NCBI GenBank assembly: GCA_964435165.1
Contig: CAYSXY010000002.1
Span: forward strand, 8,126-72,125
Reading direction: 5' to 3'
From: an uncultured Rickettsiales bacterium
Lineage (GTDB): Bacteria > Pseudomonadota > Alphaproteobacteria > Rickettsiales > RI-342
Length of the DNA: 64,000 nt
Below are positions 28,445 through 36,096 of this stretch, one piece after another. A program made the position numbers and the translations under genes. Each line of letters starts with the position of its first letter. Within the stretch, counting starts at the first letter, position 1. The notes under the pieces were generated by a model that had not been told where the DNA came from, ran no database searches, and saw nothing but the letters and a program-made list of their open reading frames with translations.

Positions 28445-29740
28445 TCAACGCTCCCTGAATGCTTCGGAGGTGACTTTAAGCAATGGTTTGAGCAAATATT
28501 GCATCACCGTCTTGCTACCGGTTTTGATATCAGCAGAGGCTTGCATGCCAGGGGTGATAGGCAACTGGCCCGGGAGGTCTCCAAGGTAGTTTTTATTGGT
28601 ACGGATAATCACTTCAAAATAGATTTCACCGGATTTCTCATCCGTGTAGGAATCGGCTGAGACGGATTGCACCGTCCCTTCTAATCCACCAAATCGCATA
28701 TAATCATAGGTATTGACCTTCACCAGCGCATGCTGGCCATTGGTCACAAACCCGACATCATTGGGGTTAAGTCGCGCTTCGACGACAAGATTGTCACTGA
28801 TCGGCACTATTTCCATAATCACCTCTCCGGGTTTGACAACCCCGCCGAGCGTATGATTTTTGAGTGATTTTACCACGCCATCAATGGGACTTTTAATGGT
28901 GGTACGGAGCACCTGATCGGTAGCGCGGGTCAGCATTTCCTGCGAGCGGGCAATTTCCAATTCAGTATCACGCAGCAGTTCCTGCGCCTGGTTTTGATAG
29001 GTCACTTCTTCGCTTCGCAGGCGCTCTTTTGTTTCTTTTAACGCAGCACGTGAACGAGGAATGGCAACGTCAATAATTTCCAAACGACCTGTTAATTCCT
29101 GTACTTCACTCTCTAGCTGAAGGTGGTCGAGTTTCGACGTCAGTTTGTCTTTAATCAACTCGTTGGAAATGCGCATTTTTTCACGCAACACATTCAGGTT
29201 TTTCTTAATGGAGGCGCGCTCGGTCTCCAACTGGGTGACATCCAGTTCTTTTTGTTGCACCTGTTCATGTAATACGCTCAAGCTACTCTCTAACCGGCGG
29301 CGATTGCCTTCAAATGTCATAATTTCCGAGTGTACCAGTTCAGGCCGATATTCCCCATTCTCATTGGGAATGGATAGCCGCTCATCACCTCGTGCTTCAG
29401 CCATCAGGCGCAAGCGCTTGAGTTTTAGGCCTTCCAAATTCACCATTAATTCTTCTTTATTGGCAACAAAGGAGGTGATGTTCAGCTGCATGAGTTCTTC
29501 ACCCTGACTGACATGTCCACCTTCTTTCACGTGGATTTTTTCGATAATACCGCCTTCCAAATGCTGGATGGTTTGAATTTGCTCCTGTGGCACGATTTCG
29601 CCTTGCGCGACAGACACTTCTTCCACACGCGCAAAAAATGCCCACACCATCATCCCGGCCAGTAACATCATGACGAGGCGAGCCATCAGTGGCAGGTTGC
29701 TGCGTGGTGGTTGCTCCAATAATTCATCGAGTTTACTCAC
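28445..29740 (-). CDS. type I secretion membrane fusion protein, HlyD family
   Basis: N-terminal TM helix, lipoyl-like hairpin (GGIIEKIHVKEGGHVSQGEELMQL), a long coiled coil and a C-terminal beta domain ending TVMQYLLKPL. The GTG start overlaps the ABC stop (GTGA). Confidence 0.9.
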   Translation of the reverse strand: MSKLDELLEQPPRSNLPLMARLVMMLLAGMMVWAFFARVEEVSVAQGEIVPQEQIQTIQHLEGGIIEKIHVKEGGHVSQGEELMQLNITSFVANKEELMVNLEGLKLKRLRLMAEARGDERLSIPNENGEYRPELVHSEIMTFEGNRRRLESSLSVLHEQVQQKELDVTQLETERASIKKNLNVLREKMRISNELIKDKLTSKLDHLQLESEVQELTGRLEIIDVAIPRSRAALKETKERLRSEEVTYQNQAQELLRDTELEIARSQEMLTRATDQVLRTTIKSPIDGVVKSLKNHTLGGVVKPGEVIMEIVPISDNLVVEARLNPNDVGFVTNGQHALVKVNTYDYMRFGGLEGTVQSVSADSYTDEKSGEIYFEVIIRTNKNYLGDLPGQLPITPGMQASADIKTGSKTVMQYLLKPLLKVTSEAFRER

Positions 29741-31623
29741 GACGTGCCTCCTTGCCCTGTAGGTGGCATGGGTGCCGCAGGAGTATGTGGCTGTTGCGTT
29801 GCAGGCCCTGATGGTGCTGCTGGTTGTGGCGTGGCTGCGGTGGCTGGTGCCGATGGTTGGGCTGGTGCCGCAGACTGAGGGCTTGCCTGCGTGGTCTGCG
29901 GATGCGCATCATCTGGTTTGCCGCTCAACCTGGCCATCACCTTGTCCCCTGGGCCCATCATGGCAATGCGGCCGCGTTCTAGGACGATAATTCGGTGGCA
30001 CATGGTGAGCAGGGGAATGGAATGCGTCGCCAAAATAATCGTGCGGTGGGTGGCCAGTTCACGAATTGTCTGTGCAAGGCGCATTTCCGCCTCATTATCC
30101 AGATTGCTGGTAATTTCATCAAACAGGAGCACGGGGGGATTTTTCAGCAAAGCACGGGCAATGGCGAGCCGCTGACGCTGACCACCGGAGAGCTTAAACC
30201 CACCTTCGCCAATTTCTGTGGCATAGCCGTCAGGTAAATCACTAATAAACCCATCGGCATCAGCGAGCTTGGCCGCTTTGAGCACGACCTCATCCGGTGC
30301 CTCGGGCCAGGATTTGGTGATGTTATCGCGAATGGTTCCATCGAACAGGAAGCATTCCTGCGGCACATAGCCAACCCATTGCGACAATTGCTCGCGCGTA
30401 AACTGGCTGATATCCGCATTATCCAACAAAATGCGGCCCTTTTGCGGTTCATAAAGCCCCTGCAGACATTTAATCAGCGTGGTTTTGCCGCAGCCATTGC
30501 GCCCAACCAGGGCTGTCATCTCGCCGGGTTGAAACAGGCAACTTACCTCTTCCAATATTGGTTGTTGTGCATCATAGCCAAAGGTGAATTGCTCAACCGC
30601 CATATGTCCCATTGGGCGTTCACGCTCAATACCCGCTTCTTCACGCTCGGAGTCAAGGTGAAATAGCCGGTCCAGCCGAACGATGGCCTGTTTACAGGCC
30701 GCATAATTTTTCCAGTTGCCCAGCAATTGATTGAGTGGGGCGATGATCCGGCTGGCCAGCATATTAGCGGCGATCAGCGAGCCAATGGTCATCTCGCGCT
30801 CAATAATCGCGAGCGCCCCGGTCGTCACCATCATCACGGTGGTGAGCATCATCAGGCTGTGGCCTAAGCTGATGAATCCATCAGTACGCGAGCCGCGCTC
30901 ATAGGCCTGTGTGATGGATTCGGCATGCACATCTTCCCATTTCGGGGCGATGATTTTATCAATCATCAATGCTTTCACCGTGGTGCGCCCGCCCATCAGT
31001 TCGGCGACCATCGCATCGCGGTGCAGGCCTTTATGCCGCTCCTTGGCGGTGTCGACATCCTGCACATGCGATGAAAACCAGGTGAGCAGAAGAAAAAGCG
31101 GCACCACCAGCAGCAACACCCAGGCAATGGGCATGGCGATGATGCAAATCACAACGATGAAAATAATGGCAAACGGCAAATCAGCCAGCAACAATGCCGC
31201 CGGGCCGGAGAAAACACCGCGAACAGTGGCAGCATCCTGAAACAGTGATTGCCAATAGCTGGTGGGGCGCGATTCCAATGTCAGCAGCGGAAGGCTGGTG
31301 AGCTTGTGATAGAGGGCGCGGCCCAGATGCGCGTCAATATGCAGTGCGGTGGATTGCAGCATGCGACTGCGTGCCTGTCGCAATAAATAGTCAAACCCCA
31401 GTGCCAGCAACACCCCCACCACCAGCGCATAGAGCGTGCTGATACCATTATGCCCCACTACCCGGTCATACACTTGCAGGGTGAAGAGCGGTACAGCCAG
31501 CGCCAGCATGTTGGAGAAAAAGGAAACCGCCATCACCTCGCCAAACCGCGGCAATAGGGGACGCAGAATATCTTTTAACCATAGTGCATGAGGTGATTTC
31601 CACCATCCGATCATGATGTTCAA
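29737..31623 (-). CDS. type I secretion system permease/ATPase (PrtD-like, no C39 peptidase domain) with a Pro/Ala-rich C-terminal tail
   Basis: TMD opening FTLQVYDRVV, Walker A GRNGCGKTTL, signature LSGGQRQRLAIARA and Walker B VLLFDEITSNLD. The last 60 aa or so are PQTTQASPQSAAPAQPSAPATAATPQPAAP.... Confidence 0.9.
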   Translation of the reverse strand: MNIMIGWWKSPHALWLKDILRPLLPRFGEVMAVSFFSNMLALAVPLFTLQVYDRVVGHNGISTLYALVVGVLLALGFDYLLRQARSRMLQSTALHIDAHLGRALYHKLTSLPLLTLESRPTSYWQSLFQDAATVRGVFSGPAALLLADLPFAIIFIVVICIIAMPIAWVLLLVVPLFLLLTWFSSHVQDVDTAKERHKGLHRDAMVAELMGGRTTVKALMIDKIIAPKWEDVHAESITQAYERGSRTDGFISLGHSLMMLTTVMMVTTGALAIIEREMTIGSLIAANMLASRIIAPLNQLLGNWKNYAACKQAIVRLDRLFHLDSEREEAGIERERPMGHMAVEQFTFGYDAQQPILEEVSCLFQPGEMTALVGRNGCGKTTLIKCLQGLYEPQKGRILLDNADISQFTREQLSQWVGYVPQECFLFDGTIRDNITKSWPEAPDEVVLKAAKLADADGFISDLPDGYATEIGEGGFKLSGGQRQRLAIARALLKNPPVLLFDEITSNLDNEAEMRLAQTIRELATHRTIILATHSIPLLTMCHRIIVLERGRIAMMGPGDKVMARLSGKPDDAHPQTTQASPQSAAPAQPSAPATAATPQPAAPSGPATQQPHTPAAPMPPTGQGGTS

Positions 31624-31733
31624 CCGGCCTTGTTGTTCTTATTTCACAGGCCATCATCAAACCATCAAGGCATTAATATTTACCTTTTATTTTGTTATCA
31701 GCTGGTTAAATCTCCCTCTTCCGAGTCTAGTTT

Positions 31734-33284
31734 GTGTGGCGTAGCGTTGATGCTATGGGCGGATGCACAACAGATATTGGTGGTTTGAGTGAGCAGCTAG
31801 CTACGCTGCGGCAGATGCGCGCGGATGATCAGACTGCCTATCGCTCCATGCGCGATGCGGTGATCATCGCCTCGCTTCCACATAGTAGTAATTACAGTAA
31901 AGACCGTGAGCGGGCCTGGTATCAGCGGGCGCGGGCGCGTCAGGGCGACCATGTGGAGACGGTGCTGTATGGTGCCATCTGGGAGGCATTGCGGCCCAAT
32001 GAGCGGCTGGTGATCGAGCAGCTCTATTACGAACATCCGCCGCTGGTGGCCGAGACGACCGGGCTGTATAAAGCGCTTCACGCCTTTGCAGAGGCGCGCG
32101 AGTCCGGCGACACGGCGCTGGCCCGGCAGCATCTACGCCATGCATTGTGGGAGCTGCTGCACAACTCGCCCTACCCGGCGCGTAATGACCTGGAGCGCGA
32201 CAAGGCCAGGCGGCGCCGCACGGCGCAAGCCATGATGCTCAATAGTATGAGCTGCTGTTTAAAGAGCCTGCCCACGCCGGATTATATCATCGAACCATTG
32301 CGGCAGCGCTATGCCAAAATGCCGCTGGAAAACTTATTGCCTGATATTGTGTTTCCGCTGGAGGAAAATGCCCGCACCATCGCCGAGGAAATTCAGCGGA
32401 TTAATGCACAGATGCAGCAGGGAATTGAAAAACTCACTGCCACCGAGCAAAAATCTATTGTCACAGACGCTGTCACCATTCCAGAAGCGACTCATGCATT
32501 TTCTGATCTCTACATGGGCATTGTTGAGACCGGGACTCGCACGCTCATTGATCAGAAGCTCGAAAAACTTGCCCAGCGAGGCTTAAACGAAGCCGAGATC
32601 AGAACAGCTCTCGAAGAAGTCTTGAGCAATCACCAAAATAACACGATCCCCTATAAGACAGAAATGCTCGCCATACATTTTCATGGCAAACTGAACGAGG
32701 TTCGGATGCGACAGGCAGGGCATACGCATTATATGTGGTTGTCCATGGATGACGACCGTGTGCGTTCGAGTCACAGCGCAAATGATGGCCAAATTTTCTC
32801 GTTTGATAATCCGCCACCCACCGGCCACCCCGGCGAAGATTATAATTGCCGCTGTCAGGCTGCACCGGTGCAGTTGGCAGCGCTGAACCTACCGCCTGCC
32901 CTCATTGCCGCCGCCATCGCAGCGACAAAAGCGACCATCAAGCGATCACAGCAAAAGATCAAAGATGCTGCGGCGAAGGTCAGAAAAAATCCTGTGGTGC
33001 GGGGAGAAAAAGCACCTAAAGGCGGCAGGAAAGATACGGACTGGTCATTTGATAAAAATAAGTCTCCAAAAAAATGGGAAAATCAAAAAAGAGAGCGAGA
33101 TTGGACGGATGAGGAGATTACAAAGGCTATAAAGCATGGTGATGCGTATCGAACTGAGAATTACAGAACTAACAAGCCAGCTACCTTATATGAATACAAT
33201 GGAAAGTATGTGGTCAGAGATGATACTACAAAAGAAATCATTCAGATTGGTTGCAAAGGATTTGAGCATCCATCGCTACCATAG
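31734..33284 (+). CDS. MuF (phage Mu F / SPP1 gp7) domain protein with a lysine-rich C-terminal module: candidate polymorphic toxin
   Basis: The MuF signature WLSMDDDRVRSSHSANDGQIFSFDNPPPTGHPGEDYNCRC lies at about 32730-32858. It is followed by a hydrophobic linker (LAALNLPPALIAAAIAA) and a basic, AT-rich tail of about 110 aa. The start is uncertain (GTG 31734 or ATG 31755). Confidence 0.7.
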   Translation: MWRSVDAMGGCTTDIGGLSEQLATLRQMRADDQTAYRSMRDAVIIASLPHSSNYSKDRERAWYQRARARQGDHVETVLYGAIWEALRPNERLVIEQLYYEHPPLVAETTGLYKALHAFAEARESGDTALARQHLRHALWELLHNSPYPARNDLERDKARRRRTAQAMMLNSMSCCLKSLPTPDYIIEPLRQRYAKMPLENLLPDIVFPLEENARTIAEEIQRINAQMQQGIEKLTATEQKSIVTDAVTIPEATHAFSDLYMGIVETGTRTLIDQKLEKLAQRGLNEAEIRTALEEVLSNHQNNTIPYKTEMLAIHFHGKLNEVRMRQAGHTHYMWLSMDDDRVRSSHSANDGQIFSFDNPPPTGHPGEDYNCRCQAAPVQLAALNLPPALIAAAIAATKATIKRSQQKIKDAAAKVRKNPVVRGEKAPKGGRKDTDWSFDKNKSPKKWENQKRERDWTDEEITKAIKHGDAYRTENYRTNKPATLYEYNGKYVVRDDTTKEIIQIGCKGFEHPSLP

Positions 33285-33293
33285 GAGGAGATT

Positions 33294-33521
33294 ATGAAAA
33301 CGATAAAACTTTATGTACAGCTCTTAGGTGAGGCTGTTCCTACTGTTCGCCCTACAGAAGCTGAAGTGTTGAGTAACGGCCTGTATAAGCTGCTACCAAC
33401 AGAGAGCTATAATCCTGAGGATGAAGTATGGGAGTTTCTCCCAGGCAGTATTGTGAGCAGAAAGGAAATAAAAAATATTAAAGGTCAAAACATGAATGTT
33501 GCAATAGCACCTGAAAAATAA
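33294..33521 (+). CDS. candidate cognate immunity protein (75 aa)
   Basis: Starts 9 nt after the toxin stop and has a strong SD (tAGGAGGagattATG). It shares the AT-rich composition of the toxin C-terminal module. No family recognised. Confidence 0.45.
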   Translation: MKTIKLYVQLLGEAVPTVRPTEAEVLSNGLYKLLPTESYNPEDEVWEFLPGSIVSRKEIKNIKGQNMNVAIAPEK

Positions 33522-33588
33522 TCTAAGCTTTTTATTAAATCGGATAGGGCTTCATTTACTCTACTATCGCTGGACAATCGTCAGCGAT

Positions 33589-34035
33589 GTGCGGCCAAAA
33601 GTCGATGAGGAAATCACTAAGCAGGCTGAGCAGGGTAAGACGGAAAATGAGATAGATGAACACCTGACGCAGGTGATCGCACATTATCAGGATACGACCA
33701 TTCCCTACAAAACGCAGATGCTGGCGACGCATAGCTTTATACTATTGATTCATTTCTTAACAGGCATGAATCAGCGCTCAAATGGCGCTAAGCCTCACGC
33801 GCCATAAGGCGCGACGCGTAGTCACGCTTGCTCGCCATTCCAACGATTGGAATGGCGAGAATAGTAAGCTCAGCGAATTGGCGATGCGTGAGCAGGGCTA
33901 CACCACTATATCTGGCATTCGCAGGATGACCCCAAAGTACGGCCCGACCATGCCGCCAATGATGGCCAGATTTTTTCTCTTGATAACCCGCCACCCACGG
34001 ACCACCCGGGCGAAGATTACAAATGGCCGGAATGA
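33589..34035 (+). pseudogene. orphan, disrupted MuF-domain fragment (paralogue of the 3' half of the 31734 gene)
   Basis: The block 33589-33732 (VDEEITKQAEQGKTENEIDEHLTQVIAHYQDTTIPYKTQMLATH) matches IDQKLEKLAQRGLNEAEIRTALEEVLSNHQNNTIPYKTEMLAIH. The block 33925-34035 (DDPKVRPDHAANDGQIFSLDNPPPTDHPGEDYKWPE*) matches DDDRVRSSHSANDGQIFSFDNPPPTGHPGEDY. Both blocks are in the same frame, separated by about 123 extra bp that contain stop codons. Confidence 0.65.
33785..33865 (-). repeat. diverged, inverted member of the two-hairpin repeat family, inserted in the MuF remnant
   Basis: ctaagcctcacgcgccataaggcgcg...ctcgccattcc-aacgatt-ggaatggcgag parallels the reverse complement of the 103 bp repeat (ctaaggcttacgcgccaactatggcgc...atagccattca-loop-tgaatggctat). 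It has the same order of a GC hairpin followed by a gccatt / aatggc hairpin. Confidence 0.4.
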
Positions 34036-34048
34036 ACGCCAGACAGGC

Positions 34049-34606
34049 TTAAGCGGTCAATTTATGGGTATATTGAACAAATCTCTCGACAGTGCGCGTT
34101 ACGTCGCGCGACACCACAGGGTGATGTATGGTGCCATCCTCATCGAATTGCTGAAAAGCATCGGACACAGTGATCATACTGGGATAGACATAAGTGCCAA
34201 GTGCCTCCAGCGGCACGCGAAAATGCAGCAGCCCTTTGATGCCACCCTGCAGTGATGGCGAGGCGGACAAGAGCAGGGCAGATTTACCGGCAAGAGGCAC
34301 TGGGCGCAGACGCGAAATCCAATCAATGATATTTTTCGCGCTGCCGGGGTACGACCAGTTATATTCCGGCAGGGCGATCATCAGGCCATCATGCGCCATA
34401 ATCTGGTCAGCAAGGCGCTGGGCGGCTTCCGGCAGGCCATTATGCTCAAACAAATGGTCGTTATAGGCGGGCATATCCAGGGTGCAGTAATCTACCAAAG
34501 TGACATTCGCATCCTGCGCTTCGGCGCGTCCGGCGGCATAAGTGACGAGCTTGCGGTTGACAGAGCCTTCACGAGCTGAAGCGGCAAAGGCGAGTAGAGA
34601 AACCAT
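34049..34606 (-). CDS. NADPH-dependent FMN reductase family oxidoreductase
   Basis: FMN_red motifs (LLAFAASAREGSVNRKL at the N-terminus, LPEYNWSYPGSAKNIIDW). The track ORF extends to 34651; the MVSLLAF start at 34606 fits the family. Confidence 0.8.
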   Translation of the reverse strand: MVSLLAFAASAREGSVNRKLVTYAAGRAEAQDANVTLVDYCTLDMPAYNDHLFEHNGLPEAAQRLADQIMAHDGLMIALPEYNWSYPGSAKNIIDWISRLRPVPLAGKSALLLSASPSLQGGIKGLLHFRVPLEALGTYVYPSMITVSDAFQQFDEDGTIHHPVVSRDVTRTVERFVQYTHKLTA

Positions 34607-34767
34607 AATAACCCCTGATAATGCACATATATGATAAGGCCTAGTCGTCATACCGGTTAATACAGGCCTGTCAATGCACAGACAAAGCCGTTACATGCTG
34701 AAAAGAGATGCTTGCACGGCATCATCTTCCTTAACAACCGCGGCCGGATGCCGCATAATAGCGCGCT

Positions 34768-36084
34768 ATGGATAAAGAAGACATACTTGCGAATTTTCTG
34801 GATGCCCTGTATCGCGAAATCCGCGACATGGAAATGGCGTGCCGAATGCAGGCGGCGCCAGATGATCTGCGACCACCGATAGACGTACACCATGATGCGG
34901 TTCGGGCGATTTTATCGAAACAGCAGGGCTATGCGCCGGGCCAACGCCTGTCCGTCACATGGTTGTCGCATGATATCATGGCGCTCCGTCAACGTGCACG
35001 CTGGCTACGCAGCGGGCCACATGTCTGGTGGGAAGGACGTGATCCACACTATGCTAAAACACGGGATCAATGCATTGCCTTCAAGCGTCAGTTGATTCGC
35101 AGCAAGGCGGAGATTGATATTCCGCTGGAGATATTACAGCAGGACCTTGCAGATTTCGCCAGGCGTTATGTCAATGAACGGCATTTGCTGGATGGCGCTC
35201 TGTATGAGCGTAACGCCCAAAAATGGGCGCGGCGTGCCGGTCGCCATCACTGGCAGGCAGTCTCAGGTGAGGAGTTCTGGAAAGGGCTACGTTATACGGC
35301 GCGTTATTTTTCCAGCTTGCTGCAGCGATTAGCAGAGCAGGGGGCTCCCGGCCTGTTAGCGCATGAAGCAAAAACGCAACAGACGGTAACGCCCTCAGAC
35401 CAGTTAGCTGAAAGTCGGCGGGCACTTAAAAATTTATGGCTACAAATTGTGCATCCGCTTGTACTACGCGGCAGCATTGTGCCGGATGAGACGCGTGAGC
35501 ATCATTATCACCTGGATACATCACGCCACATTCCTGAGCGCCATTGGCAGCAAATGGGCAGTGAAGCTGCAGAACTGGCGGATGCCTATGACCGCTATAC
35601 GGTGATGTTTGCGGCGATGACAGCCGATACGGTGGATTATCATTATAAGGCATTGCTGGACGACCTGGACCAGCAGGTGATAGATGTAGCAGCGCTGATT
35701 CGGGAAATCGAGGCGCTGGAACGTGGCGGCAACAAGCTTGAGCTGCATCAACTCGAGCGGATGGTCCGTGAATTGGAAAATGAAGAACTCAAGCGCCGAC
35801 TGCTTGAATTGCTCGAGAAATATAAGGCCGATACGAGTGGAAATGCGACGCTGAATGCTACGGAAGCAGCCAATCAGGTCATGGATGAAGTTGATCAGCA
35901 AATCGACAAGCTGGAGCAGGCACATTTTGATTTTCTGGCGACGCAGTTCACTGTCTATGAAGAATCGCAGGATGTGGTGCGCAAACTGGCCGGGCAGGGG
36001 CTGAATATTGCTGGCAAATTTGTTGAAGCGGCAGCCGCCATGGCCGCGGCACGGCAGCAGGATCGCGGCAATCGCGGGCGGTGA
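34768..36084 (+). CDS. hypothetical 438 aa protein with a coiled-coil C-terminal half
   Basis: Long ORF with genome-like codon usage. Has no signal peptide or TM helix. Contains heptad-like acidic segments (IREIEALERGGNKLELHQLERMVRELENEELKRRLLELLEKYK). No family recognised. Confidence 0.5.
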   Translation: MDKEDILANFLDALYREIRDMEMACRMQAAPDDLRPPIDVHHDAVRAILSKQQGYAPGQRLSVTWLSHDIMALRQRARWLRSGPHVWWEGRDPHYAKTRDQCIAFKRQLIRSKAEIDIPLEILQQDLADFARRYVNERHLLDGALYERNAQKWARRAGRHHWQAVSGEEFWKGLRYTARYFSSLLQRLAEQGAPGLLAHEAKTQQTVTPSDQLAESRRALKNLWLQIVHPLVLRGSIVPDETREHHYHLDTSRHIPERHWQQMGSEAAELADAYDRYTVMFAAMTADTVDYHYKALLDDLDQQVIDVAALIREIEALERGGNKLELHQLERMVRELENEELKRRLLELLEKYKADTSGNATLNATEAANQVMDEVDQQIDKLEQAHFDFLATQFTVYEESQDVVRKLAGQGLNIAGKFVEAAAAMAAARQQDRGNRGR

Positions 36085-36096
36085 CGGACGAAACGC

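Noticed and set aside
33782-34255. 157 aa plus-strand ORF spanning the MuF remnant and the 3' end of the FMN reductase gene.
   Set aside because: It is out of frame with the MuF-homologous blocks, runs through the inserted hairpin element, and then runs antisense to the FMN reductase. It has no motifs.
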